DNA of 64,000 nt from Prasinococcaceae sp. CCMP 1430 (GCA_013416795.1 RQSC01000014.1:112302-176301); one strand, 5' to 3'; numbered from the stretch's first letter, positions 22,481 through 34,064 are shown. Notes: a model not told the origin generated them from the sequence alone. A program made the numbers and translations.

Positions 22481-24219
22481 ATGATGATGTCGGTGTCCCG
22501 CCCCGTCGGCGTCCCGGCGCTGCCCGCCCGCGCCAAGCGCGTCGCTGCGACCGCCGAGCTCAAGCTCAACGTCGCCGGCGCCGGCCCCGACCGCCCGCTG
22601 TGGTTCCCCGGCAAGGAGGCGCCCGAGCACCTCGACGGCTCCATGACCGGCGACTACGGCTGCGACCCCTTCTCCCTGAGTGAGTTGCGCCACGCGGCGG
22701 CGGCGCAGGCGGCGTGACGCGCGCGAGCGAGAGAGGGAGAGGGGGGGGGGGGCGCGAGGGCGCGCGCGCCGCGCGCAAGATGGCGGGTGCTGGGGCGCCC
22801 GGCAGCATGGCAAGCGCGGCCGTGTGCGAGGGTTGGATTTGCCTGCCGCGCGCCATGCCGCGCGCGACCGACCGATGCGAGCGCCGGCGCCGCCGCGCGG
22901 CGTGGAAGGAGCGACCTTTTCGCGCACAGCCGCGAGGCTAGCGCTGTCTGCGCCCGTGATGCACGCCGCGCGCCGCCGCGCATGCCCACCGCGCGGCGTG
23001 CATCGCGTGCGCGCTGGGGGGTGCATCACTCTGCGAGCGGCGCAAGCGCTGCGCAGAGCGCGCACCCTCCATGTGGCGCGCTCGCCACACCCCGCGCTGT
23101 GCGCGCATAGAGCAGCGTTCCGCGGTGAGGTAGGTTCTGACGCGACCGCGGTACCCCCATCTGCGACGCGCGCACCACAACCCACCCGCGCGCCCGCCCC
23201 GTTTTCGTGACCCAGGCGTGGACCCCGAGATGCGCAAGTGGATGGTCCAGGCCGAGCTCCAGCACTGCCGCTGGGCGATGCTTGGCTTCCTCGGCGCCGT
23301 GGGTGCCGAGCTCATGACCAAGGTGCGTAGGCATTTAGGGTTAGGGATACCCCTCGCATGGCCGATGCTGCGCTGGCCACCTGGGGACTGCCGAGGGCAG
23401 CCCCTTCTGATTCGCGACGGCAACTGACGCCCTCGCGCCCCCGCCTGTCTCCGAACGCGCGCGCGCGCGTGCCTCGCTCGTGGCGCTGCTGTCGTGGCCG
23501 CTCGGGTCATGTTTGCTTGCGCCCCGCGCATTCCGCTGCCGCTGTTGGGCCGCACTGCGCCGCTTTTGCCCGCCATCGCCTCCGCCTGTCCTCGTGTGCG
23601 CACATAGGAGGGCCTCATTGACGCGCCGCTCTGGTTTGACGCCGGCAAGACGGAGTTCTTCACCGACAGCTGGACGCTCCTGGGCATGCAGATGCTGCTG
23701 ATGAGCTGGGCTGAGGGCCGCCGCTGGATGGACATCACCAACCCGGGCTCCGTGAACGCCGACCCGCTCTTCGGCGAGAGCAGCGGCTACGTGTGCACCG
23801 GCTCTGAGGTGGGCTACCCGGGCGGCAAGTGGTTCGACCCCCTGGGCCTGACCGCCTCCAAGGAGAAGTACGAGGTGCTCAAGCTCAAGGAGATCAAGAA
23901 CGGGCGCCTCGCGATGGTGCGTGCACGTGCGGATGGCCGCGTGTGGCAGCCCGATTAGGCGCGACGGGCAGGCGCTCCTCGCCACGATGTTGCACTCTTG
24001 TCTCGCTGCCGCGCGCGCATCGCTGCCGGCGCGCGTGCTGACCATTCTTCGTCTTACACCCCTTCCGTGCATACGCCGCCTCCTCTCGCCTCATCACAGG
24101 TCGCGTGGATCGGCCTGGCCGCGCAGGCGTCGGCGACCAAGGAGGGCGCGCTCGACAACTGGCTCGCACACATCGCCGACCCGGCCGGCACCTCGCTCTT
24201 CAACACGCTGTACAAGTAG
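22481..24219 (+). CDS. LHCA2: Photosystem I light-harvesting chlorophyll a/b protein, Lhca2-type; 4 exons (22481-22679, 23216-23322, 23608-23916, 24100-24219)
   Basis: [87 protein letters not shown]; three canonical GT-AG introns keep the frame. Confidence 0.93.
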
Positions 24220-24432
24220 GCGTTCGTAATGAATGTCATATCCTCTCAATGTGTGGCCCTCGCCGGTCCAGGTTCCGCGCGCGGCGCCCTTGGTAGGCAG
24301 CCTTTCGGAACTGGCAGCGGTGCTGTGTGGTCGCGGCGCCCCATGGCGTGCACATCCAGCGCCTTGCGGGCGCTCTGCGCGACACAGCAGTCGCGCTACT
24401 CGCCCATGGTGTACACATGAATTACAACTGGG

Positions 24433-25394
24433 TCAGTCTATGCGCGCCTTGGCGATGCTGCGCATGATGAGGCCCCGCCTCGCTGCAATGACGCACGCGA
24501 GCGCGGTAACCAATACCGCCAGCACGCACGCAAGCAACGCAGACTCCGCACTAACGGCTGCGCCGCCGCCCTCCCCGAAGTATGGCGCGGCGCCGCCGCC
24601 CATCGCGACACGGCGGCCTGCATCAGAAGAGGCCGTGGTGGACGCGGACGCACGCGGGCATGCGCGCATGCACGGCGAGCGTGTCAGCGCAGCGCGCGGG
24701 ATATTCAAACGATGGGCACGCATGCGAGCGACAGATACGAGCGCATGCACTGCAATCGCACGGAAGCTCGACGCACCCGCACTGCTCGCGCCGTTGACGC
24801 GTGCCACGTCCAGCGGCACGAAAGTGTGTCTGTTGAACCACCGGACGGGTCCATGCGCATTGAGCACGCTGCCGACGCCGAGTGCCTGCGCGCCGCCCGC
24901 CCGCGCGTCGCGCACGGCGTACGCAGCCGCGCCCATGAGCTCGCCTGTGACCGCATCGGCGTGGAAGACGAACGCCATGTGGTTTTCGACGAGCACGAGG
25001 TCGTCCTCACCAGCCTCGCCCAGGAGCGGCAAATCCAACGGCAGGAACGCGCTTCGCGCCCTGTCGACGGGCACGCGGCAGCGGTGCCACGCACGCGCGT
25101 CCTCCGGCCTGGTCGCAGCGGTGGCGGTGACGACGGCCGACCGCACGTCGGCAAGCTCGGCTTCGGAGCGTACCTCGACGCCACAGTGCGCAAACGAGTC
25201 GATGCCGAATGTGAAGCTCAGCGGCTCGTGTGTGTCGGCGCACATCAGGTTGGCGCCCCACGTGCCCGCGCGTGCATCGGCGCACTCGAGCGGAATGCGC
25301 TCACCTGCGGCCCAGCCCGCGTCGCGCTCGCCTGTCCCGCCGCCGGGCCGCGCCGCGCGCACAGCGCGCGCCGCGAGGAGCGCCACCGCCGCGA
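24433..25394 (-). CDS. Uncharacterised type-I membrane protein (signal peptide runs into gap; probable intron 24776-24618)
   Basis: Signal-like AAVALLAARAVRA, Cys-containing lumenal domain (IPLECAD...CADT.EPLSFTFGIDSFAHC...CRVP...GSVLNAHGPVRWF), C-terminal TM ALLACVLAVLVTALACVIAA. Confidence 0.6.
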
Positions 25395-25432
25395 NNNNNN
25401 NNNNNNNNNNNNNNNNNNNNNNNNNNNNNNNN
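25395..25432. other. Assembly gap separating two divergent genes
   Basis: N run. Confidence 0.99.
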
Positions 25433-26560
25433 CCGCGGCACCGGCGCGCTCGCGGGAGGACGTTCTCGCTGCGGTGGACGCCGTGCTTGGCGGCGCCGCC
25501 GCGCCCGAGGCCGCGGCGGCTTACACAACGCGCGCAGCCGTGCTGCGCGCGGATGTCTCCGCGGGCCGCCGCGCGGTGGCGGCGTTCATGCCGCCGGCGG
25601 GCTTTGGAGCAGAGGCGCTCGCCGAGCGTGAGGAGGCGCTGCAGAGACGACTCGCGAAGAGCTGCAAAGTTCGCGCGACCGCCGAACGCGAGGAGGAAGA
25701 GAGTGTGGCGGAGATTGCGCTCGCGCTGCAGCACGCAGACACCACGGGCGAGCTACCGCTTTCGGGATGGCCTGTCGCTGCGTTTGGCGAGGACGGCGCC
25801 AAGAGCAGCACGTGCGACGCCGCGGACCACGTGTGTTCGTGGTACGAACGCGTTGCGGCGATACGCACCGCGCGCGACGCCCTGCGCGAGCGCGTGGCGG
25901 TCATGAGCACTTGGCAGCGACCCAGCCATGTAGCAAAACTGCGTGCAGAGCTCGAGTTGCTAGGGCCGGCGGTACTCGCAGCAGCGGCGCGGGCGCAGCG
26001 CATCGAGAGAAAGGTGGCGGTGAGTGGCTCGCGCGCGTGCGCGCGCACAAGCACCCCCGCCCCGTAGTGCGAGGCGCGGCTCGACGTGTCGCGCAGAGTG
26101 CGAGCGGCCGGCGACGTGCGCGCAGATGAGCGCAGCTGTGGTGCACGAGCACCTGGTGCAAGAAAGTGATATTAACGCTCGACACGCGCGACGCGCGCGC
26201 TCGACTTGCTCGCAGGAGGAGGAGGCCGTCGAAGCATACAGATGTGAGCTACTTGTCGCCACGGAAACGCTGCGCGAGGCTAATGGTGGGAGCACGGCGA
26301 GGCCGCCGCCTCCGCCATCCGCGGCTGAGGCGGCGCTCGAGTTGGACACGGACACGAGCGCCGTAGAGAGGGCTGACGCAGTCATGGGCGGTATTGCAGG
26401 TCTTTCTGACGACCTTGACGGCACGCTCGATGCCCTTGAAGCGGAACTTGGCGCCATCGTCGACAGAGACGGCGGCGCTGTGGGCGACTACGACCGTGGC
26501 GATGACTCAAGCGCACTCTCTCTGCTTGAGGACAGTCTTGTAGGGCCCACCGCGACCTAG
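25433..26560 (+). CDS. Hypothetical multi-exon helical/coiled-coil protein (start in gap)
   Basis: Long Ala/Glu-rich open frame, GTGAGT donor at 26020, further coding-like segment EEEAVEAY...LDALEAELGAI; no family recognised. Confidence 0.4.
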
Positions 26561-27508
26561 GCACCTGTGGACGTCGATCATGCCACGGCGGCGCTCTCGC
26601 TGGACATCGAGGATGGCATACCCCTCGGCGAGGAGGCGCAGGCGACTCTGCTGGCGGAAGAGGAGGTTCCCCGGAGCCTTTCGCTACTAGCAACCGCGAG
26701 GCACCCGGACGCACAGGGCGAAGGGGCGCACAGACCCCTGTCGCCGCGCGCTCGGGCGCAACCGACGTGGGCCCCTCCTTCAGAGAACCCGCCTGCGGGG
26801 CGTATGCCCGCCGATCGCGTCACCCCGACGTCCGCGCGAGCAGCTGATGCTGACGGCGGCCCCTTTGAGGAGGCACCCCTCGGCAGGGGCGCCGCGCTCG
26901 GGGCGCCCTCGCGCCACGCGGGGGCGGGGGGGGGGGCGCCGCGGGCCGGCGGCGGCGGCGAGGCGTACCTCTGCGCACCTGCGACAAAGAAAAACAGACA
27001 CCACGTTGAGGACCAAATCTGCGCGACGCGCATCCCAAATTGCACACAGGTCGGTGCGCATCACATGTGCATACATGGTTGGGGCGCGGTGGTTGTGCCT
27101 GCGCGCGCGCGAAATCTAGAAGCGCGCTTTTCGCTGCGCTGCCTAAATATCACACGACAACTCCTGCTGCGTGCGGCAGAAAGCGCGCGCTGCCGTCTGG
27201 GCTGGGCAACGTCGGGGAGGAAGAGGGCGGGGGGGGCTTGCCACAGCGCGTGCGCGCTGCGTTCGCGCGAGGCGGGACGGAGAGGGGAGATTCGAGTCTC
27301 CCTCTGGGAGCGCCGCGGGACGAGGCGGGGCCGTGCGGGACGAGGCCGCAATGCTGTCGTGCGGGGGCGTGGGGGCGGGCGCCGCGCGCACGCGCGCGTG
27401 CGGCCGCGCGTCTCGGCCCGGGCCACGCGGCGAGCTTGGCGCCCGCACGGAGGCAGCGCGTGGCGTGCTGGGCCCTGCTGCGCACGCACGAACGATGCGC
27501 CGGACGAC

Positions 27509-27700
27509 ATGAACTCCCTGAGCCCACTCGATGGTGTGGACGTGGACGGCGCGGATGCCGAGGCTCCTGCGCCTGCTCCGCTTGCGAACGACGCTGTCTC
27601 GCGGATCGTTGAGAGCGAGGTTGCCTCAGCTGTAGTGAGCTTCATTGCCGTCATGCTGGTGGTCATCGGCGTGTGGACGATGTCCGGTGCCATGCTATGA
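27509..27700 (+). CDS. Small single-pass membrane protein (63 aa), or the tail-anchor exon of the upstream gene
   Basis: MNSLSPLDG...SAVVSFIAVMLVVIGVWTMSGAML*, with a clear C-terminal TM helix. Confidence 0.45.
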   Translation: MNSLSPLDGVDVDGADAEAPAPAPLANDAVSRIVESEVASAVVSFIAVMLVVIGVWTMSGAML

Positions 27701-28096
27701 GAGAGACCGCGCTAATTGCCACCCCTTCTTCCCAGCGGTGGACTTTGTCAACCAACGCCGAGACCGGGGAATAGGGAGGGCTCCACTTTTGTACGGTACA
27801 TGTAGTGATTTTAGATTTATGGACAGACTCGCGTTGCCACAGCCTGGGCAGAGGACCAACGTAGCTAGCGGCGTGTGCGGCCGTTGCAGCAGGCTGTGGC
27901 GTCACACGCGCATGAGCAAGCCGTCGGAGCTCTGTGAGATGCAGGAGCCTCCACTCCAGTCCCTGGAACAAGTGTAAGGTACTGTAGCATATTATATATA
28001 GGCGCCCGAGAATAGCGGGCTGTTTAAGCTCACGCGAGCGAGCAGTTGTGTTGCCACAGCGCATTTCCTGGCGGAGCGATTGCGCGCGCCGACTGC

Positions 28097-28884
28097 TCAG
28101 CAACTAGTCACCGCGTCGGTGAGCATCGCTGCGACGCTGCTTGTGTTCGCCTGCGCCTGACGCTGCACCTCGGCCACCTCGGCGTCAGTGTCCCTCTCGA
28201 GCTGCGCTGCCGCGGACGAGGAGTCTGTGCCTTGCTGCAGGGCGATGAAGGAGAGGCAGAACGGCACAGTCAGCGTGCGCATGGGACGGCGCGACCAAGT
28301 GTCGGCGCACCGGCCATGCGCGGGCGGGCCCGCAGCAGGGGCGCAAATGAGAGAGCGTGCGCTCGGATGGTTAGGGTTGGCACATTGGGGTGAGGCGGGG
28401 GAAAAGAAAGCTGGACGGCAGCAGAGCATGGGCACATGCGCCGCGCACGCACGTCGGCGAGCTGCTTCTGGAAGTTGGACTCGCGCGTGGCGCGGTACTG
28501 CGCAATCTCGCGCTCCGCCTCTGCCTTGGCTTGCTTCAGGCGGTCCTGCTTGGCTGTTGAGGTGGCGTGCATTGCCATCGCGATGCGTCAGGTAAGATCG
28601 CCGGCGGGGAGTTGTCCACGCAGAGCCCACTGCCACGGATGCGCAGCGCCCGGCGGTCCCAGAAGCACCGTGCCGCACAGTCACGCAAGTGCGGCCCCGA
28701 TACGCGCCCTCACGCACAACACGATCCCGCCCGCCGCCCCAGCACACACGCACACACTCTAGCATCCCTGCCCCCGTGCGGACGCACCCTTGCGCGCATC
28801 GCCGACAATCTTCTGCGCCTCCTGCTCGGCCTTGAGCAACACCTGGATCCCGTCCCCCTCGGTCGCCGCGCCGCCGCCGAACAT
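28097..28884 (-). CDS. VHA-G: V-type H+-ATPase subunit G; 3 exons (28884-28788, 28553-28453, 28234-28097)
   Basis: Spliced product [44 protein letters not shown]..FQ; canonical GT-AG introns. Confidence 0.93.
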
Positions 28885-29515
28885 CTCGCCCTCGACACGG
28901 GGGCGCAGAGCTCGCCCCGATGAGCTTGAACCCGGTCGGTGAGCGTGGGGCGCTCGGCGGAGGGGGTGGGGAGGGTGGGGCGGGGAGCGCGTCGGCCGCG
29001 CACCGTGTGGGGCGCGTCCCGCGCGCACAAAAAAAGGCCATCAAATCACACGAGGGGATCAGCAACACTCGCTCGCAGTCGAACCCGGCGGTCGACGCGC
29101 GGCCAACCAAAAAAAAAAAGGAGAAAAAAAAAAGCGGACGTGTGTCGGTGATGGCAGGAAATGTTCGGCCGCGCGGCGACGGCGTTTCTGCGCTCTGCGG
29201 TTCAGTCCGTCCGCAAGTTCCTGGCGCAGGCGTGCGTTTCGATGGCGGGTGTTGTGCCTCCCGGCACTTTCAAATGCGTTTTTGTTTTTGGCAGCGTCCA
29301 TGTTTGGTCGCTGGGTGGCACAGCGCCCGGTGGGCGGGAGCCCCCGCGGCCCACACCGCGCGGCGCAAGGTCGAGAAGTCCGACAAGAGCCGGGAGCTCG
29401 GCGGCCGGGTGAGCGCGTGGGATCGAGGGCCTGGGTGGACGCGGCGGGCGCGAGAGAGGCGGCGGGCCGGCGGGCGGGCGGGCTTGGGAGCGCCAGCGGG
29501 CCGCGGCGCGGCGCG

Positions 29516-32116
29516 ATGTCGTTCTTCGATCAGCTCTCGTCGCAGTTCAGCGAGACCGTCTCGCAGCTCTCCGACCAGGTGAAGGAGTTCGAGAAGTCCG
29601 TCGACCAGACGCTTGGGCTCGAAATCGCCGGGACCGCCGGCAATGCTGGGGCATCCGCAGCTCCGCCCGCACTCGCGGCTGTGCCGGAGGCGCCCCAGCC
29701 AGTGCGCGCAGCGGAAGATGGCGTGGCGGATGGCGGGTGGAGCTTCGATGCCAAGGGAACGGGCGGAGCCACGCAGGGCGCAGCAGAGAGCGGGTCGCGC
29801 GCAGAGTCGGAGACTACACCAGTCAAGGTGGTCGCCGTGGGGCCGAAGGTCCCGGAGATGGCCACGCCGTCCCCGTCGTCGCGCAAGCCGGGGCGCAAGA
29901 TCCTCAAGAAGAAGCTGAGGAAGCCGGTCACCTCGGCCTCCCCCGCCGCAGAGAAGCAACCGGCGCAGCAGGAGGCCCCGGGCGAGCGAGCGCAGCAGGA
30001 GGCTGACAGGCGGGCTCACCGCGGCGATGATGATCAGCAGCGGGGGCAGCAGCGGCAAGCGGTGCAAGGGGCGAGTGCAAGTGGGCCCGCTTCCTCAGAG
30101 CCTGAGGCGTCTGCCGGTGGTGGCGATCAGGTCGGCGTGCGCCCGAGCGTTGGCAAGGCAGTGGAGCCGCAGGAGCCGGCTGAGATCACCAGTGGCGACG
30201 ACCTCGCAGAGGTGCGCGGCAAGGCGGCAGTGGCGCGCGCGCGCGTAGCCGAGCTCGAGGACGAGGTTGGCGAGCTGCGAGCGGCGCTCGCCGCTGCCGA
30301 GGGCGGCGCCGCTGGGGGGGGGGCTGTTGAGGGCGCACTGCGCGCCGAGGTGGAGCGCCTGAAGAAAGCCGTCGCCGAGAGCATCGGCCCCGCTGAGGTG
30401 GAGGCACTACGCGAAGAGTTCGGCGAGAGGTTGAGCGCCTCCGAGCGCAAGGTGTACGCGCTGTCGAAGGAGCGCGACATGCTGAAGCGCGAGGTCGCGC
30501 AGCTCGCGGACGCCGCCAAGCTCGTCAGGGAGCGCGACCAGACGATCGCTGCCGTGATGGAGGAGGGCGAGGCGCTGAGTAAGAAGCAGGCGAGCCAGGA
30601 GGCTAGCATGCGGAAGCTGCGTGGGTTGCTCAAGGAGGCCGAGGGCGCGCGCGATACTGCCAACAAGCAGCTGGAGACGGAGCGTGCCGCAGCCATCAGC
30701 TCCAGGGCGCACGCCGACAAGATGGAGCAGAAACTCGCGCAGGCCGTCGAGCATGCCGCCCGAGAAGTGACGGAGCTGAAGGAGGCACACAGTGCGGAAC
30801 TCGCCAGCGCGAAGGCAGAGACCGCAAAGTCCAAAGCGGCCGAGAGTGCAGAGGCGCAGGCCGACCTCAATCGCCGTGTCGAGCAGGCCAGCGAGATCGA
30901 GCGCGACCTGAACTCCCAGATCGCGGCGCTGCAGGACGCCGCGGCTCGACGCGAGGCTGCCATGGAGAGGCGCGAGAAGGATTTCGCCCAGGAGCGCGAG
31001 GAGATGGAGGAGAGGTGCCGTGCGGCTGAGGCGCGGCACGAGGAGCTCGCCGCGCGCGTGCCTGAGGCCACCCGCCCGTTGCTGCGCCAAATAGAGGCTA
31101 TGCAGTCGCAGGCCACCAGCCGCGCCGAGGCGTGGGAAGCGGTGGAACGTTCGCTCACGCGGCGATGCGAGGACGCCGAAGCTGCCTCGGACGAGGCCGA
31201 GATCAAGTGCTCTGCCGCTTGCGAGCTTGCTGACAAGCTTAAGGAGGCTCTCGCGGAGGCGGAGGCGACCGCCGCTGCGGCCGCCGAGCGCGAGGCTGGC
31301 GCCGTCGCCGAGGCGGAGTTGATGCGCGCGCAGACGGACGCGCTGAAGACCGAGGCCGCCGAGGCCGCCGAAGCACAGGCGTATGCTGAGCGAAGCGCTG
31401 AGCGCGCGCGCAGCGAGGCGGGGCGCGCAGCGGAGGCTGCCAAGGGCGCGATTAGCTCGGAGAGGGACCGCGCCGAGGCCGCGGAGCACGCGCTTAAGAG
31501 GGCCAAGGCAGAGGGGGCCGAAACGGAGCGCGCCCTGAAGAGGCAGATCGAGTCGTTGGAGGAGGTTGTCGAGGAAGGAAGAAACAGGGCCGTGGCCGAC
31601 GCGATGAGCGCTCGGACCGGCATGGGTGGAGGTGGAAGCGCAGCCGCGGCGGCCGCGGCCGTGGCCACGGGAGCGCAAGCTACACGGACGCGATCGCGCG
31701 ACTCCGCGCCGACGAAGGGGCCGTTGACGATTGAGCTGCTACAGGAGCAGGTGCGCAGGCGAGACGCAGAGCTTGACTCCCTTGAGGCGACTGTGCGTGA
31801 GCTCGAGGCGATGCGCACCTCGTTGGCGGACGAGTTGGTGTTGTCGGCGCAGCGCGACGCCAGCGCCAATGTGAGCGCCGCTGCCGCCGTTGAGACCGAA
31901 AGGGAGCTCAAAGAGTTGCAGGCGAGGCACGCGGCGGCGCTGGAGCTGATGGGCGAGCGCGACGAGGAGGTGGAGGAGCTACGCAATGACCTCGCAGACG
32001 TGAAGACGCTGTACCGAGAACAGGTGGATGAGCTCGCGGGACTGCTTGAGCGGGAGAGGGAGATCAGGCTCGAGCTCGAAGTATCAAAGGGTGGCGGTGC
32101 AGGCGGCGGGGAGTAA
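29516..32116 (+). CDS. GC5: Golgin candidate 5 / TATA element modulatory factor (TMF1/SGM1)
   Basis: SERKVYALSKERD.LKRE, I..VMEEGE.LSKKQ, RVPEATRPLLRQIEAMQ, C-terminal RH.AALELMGERDEEVEELR.DL.DVK..YREQ. Confidence 0.92.
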   Translation: MSFFDQLSSQFSETVSQLSDQVKEFEKSVDQTLGLEIAGTAGNAGASAAPPALAAVPEAPQPVRAAEDGVADGGWSFDAKGTGGATQGAAESGSRAESETTPVKVVAVGPKVPEMATPSPSSRKPGRKILKKKLRKPVTSASPAAEKQPAQQEAPGERAQQEADRRAHRGDDDQQRGQQRQAVQGASASGPASSEPEASAGGGDQVGVRPSVGKAVEPQEPAEITSGDDLAEVRGKAAVARARVAELEDEVGELRAALAAAEGGAAGGGAVEGALRAEVERLKKAVAESIGPAEVEALREEFGERLSASERKVYALSKERDMLKREVAQLADAAKLVRERDQTIAAVMEEGEALSKKQASQEASMRKLRGLLKEAEGARDTANKQLETERAAAISSRAHADKMEQKLAQAVEHAAREVTELKEAHSAELASAKAETAKSKAAESAEAQADLNRRVEQASEIERDLNSQIAALQDAAARREAAMERREKDFAQEREEMEERCRAAEARHEELAARVPEATRPLLRQIEAMQSQATSRAEAWEAVERSLTRRCEDAEAASDEAEIKCSAACELADKLKEALAEAEATAAAAAEREAGAVAEAELMRAQTDALKTEAAEAAEAQAYAERSAERARSEAGRAAEAAKGAISSERDRAEAAEHALKRAKAEGAETERALKRQIESLEEVVEEGRNRAVADAMSARTGMGGGGSAAAAAAAVATGAQATRTRSRDSAPTKGPLTIELLQEQVRRRDAELDSLEATVRELEAMRTSLADELVLSAQRDASANVSAAAAVETERELKELQARHAAALELMGERDEEVEELRNDLADVKTLYREQVDELAGLLEREREIRLELEVSKGGGAGGGE

Positions 32117-32232
32117 ACGCGGTCGCCGCTGTCCCAAACGGCGCCTGATTTGTGGGCAAGTGCTGCTTGCAATAATGCATCAGGGCACGGGGCCCGTATT
32201 ATTCGTCCTGAAGCCTCGCAGTGGCCAGCAAG

Positions 32233-34033
32233 CTACCGCACGCTTCGTTGCGCCTCGTAGACCTCAGCGAAGACCTCTCCGCGGTGCACAAAGTTGCGAA
32301 ACTGGTCGAAGCTCGCGCATGCCGGGCTGAGAATCAGTGCGCCGCCGTCGCGCGCCTCGGCGGCACCAGCGGCTGCGGCGGCCTCGAGTGCGGCACCCGC
32401 GCCTAGCTCGACGAGGCGACAGCGCGCTGCGCCCGCAAGGCCGGCCGCGCCGTCACCCGTCCCGAGGCCGGCCGCACGCAACTCCGCGGCGATTTTCGGC
32501 CCACTGGCCCCGAACGTGACCACACAGTCGTGTGGCTCGAGCGCCGGCACGAGGCGCGCCATGCCCAGCGCGCCAGCCGCGTCCTCCTTGGCCTCGCCTC
32601 CGAGCAGCACCACCGCGCGGCGACCGTCGAGACCCCCCACGCCAGCGATGGTCGACTCCACGTTGGTGGCCTTCGAGTCATTGATCCAAAGGACGCCGCG
32701 CGCATCCTCACCTAGCGCCTCCATGCGGTGTGGCGGTGGCAGTAGAGAGGCCATCGCGTCGGAGAGCGCGCCTGCGTCGCGCGCGACCTCGCTCGTGGCT
32801 GCCGCGAGCAGGCACGCTGCGGCGGCATTCGCGCGGTTGTGGCGCCCGACGGCACGCAATTTCGTGAGGTCGACCTCCAGGGACAGGTCGCTTTCACCGA
32901 CTGGCGGGCGACCTGCATGCGCGGGTAGTCGCACAAGCGCTCTCTCACCGGAGCGCGTCAGCCAGGCGCCAGCGGCGGTCACGAGCTCGCTGTCTTCGCA
33001 CACGCCCAGGAGGCAGGGCGACGCGCGCGGGGCTGCCTCGGCGGCCTTCTTGACGAGGGCCGGATCGTCCGCGGGAACGACAGCGACAGTACTGGCGTCA
33101 CGCATGTTGGCGAACACGGCCAATTTCGCCTCCGCGTACGCCTCCATCGTCCCATGTCGCGCGAGGTGATCGGGCGTCACGTTGAGGATGGCGGCAGCAT
33201 CCGGCGCAAACGCGCCGGCGAGCTGCAGCTGATAGCTGGACACCTCGACCACAGCCGCGGCGTAGAAGTCGCGGGCGATCTCTCCAGTGACGAACTGTGT
33301 TGCGAGGCACGACAAGGGCACGCCCAGGTTCCCGCCCACCCATGCGTTGGCGCCACATGCGTTGAGGAGCTGCCCCACAAATGTTGTCACAGTGGACTTG
33401 CCATTGGTTCCGGTGACGGCGACGAGAGACAGCTTCGGGGGGGGTGACAGGGCTTGGAGGCATTCCGAGGCGAAGGAGAGCTCGGAAGTTATCTTTGCAT
33501 GTGTGTCGATGTTGGCGTTGTGCGATGCGCGCGTGTGAGTTCGGCGCGCTTGCACTTGTCAGCGCGCTGCACGTGAGGCGGCAGCCTGGTTGGAGCGCTG
33601 GGTGCAAACGCGTTCAGCGCACCTCCACTCCTGCCGCATGCGCAGCGACTACCGCAGGGTGATCGGGGGGCACGCCGGGGCTGAGCACGGCAACGTCTGC
33701 CCCCAGGAGCGCATCGGCGAAGACGTCGGCGCCCACCGCGCTGCGGACGGCGGTGTTTTGCGTCAGCCTCCCAGGGAGCTCGAGCGGCGAGGATGTCGCG
33801 TTCTCGTCGACGCCGATGACTTCAATGGCGCCGCGAGCAGCAGCGAGCTCAGCGGCGGCGCGACCAGATGCGCCGAGGCCGACAACAGCGATGGTCTTGT
33901 CAGCAAGATCTGCCCGCTGTGTTGCGTGCGGGGTGTCCGCACAGGCTCGCGCCCGTCGCGACGAGGCGCGGGCTCGGGCCGGCGAGGGCGGCGCGGGCGG
34001 AGCGCGGCGAGCAGCAAGCTTGCACGCGGCCAC
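32233..34033 (-). CDS. murD: UDP-N-acetylmuramoyl-L-alanine:D-glutamate ligase MurD, putatively plastid-targeted; intron 33622-33493; no proximal ATG
   Basis: VVGLGASG, LSPGVP, P-loop VTGTNGKST, GGNLG, EVSSYQL, LNVTPDHL, HRME, INDSKATN, LSPACASFDQFRNF..RG..F; Arg/Ala/Ser/Pro-rich transit-like leader. Confidence 0.95.
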
Positions 34034-34064
34034 GCCGCGGCGTGGCCGCGTGCAAGCTTGCTGC
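34011..34064. repeat. Perfect 54-bp palindrome (inverted repeat, no spacer)
   Basis: GCAGCAAGCTTGCACGCGGCCACGCC-GC-GGCGTGGCCGCGTGCAAGCTTGCTGC reads identically on both strands. Confidence 0.97.

Noticed and set aside
29161-29412. uORF-like ORF upstream of GC5
   Set aside because: No homology or codon signal; overlaps a probable 5' UTR intron (GTGAGC donor near 29409).
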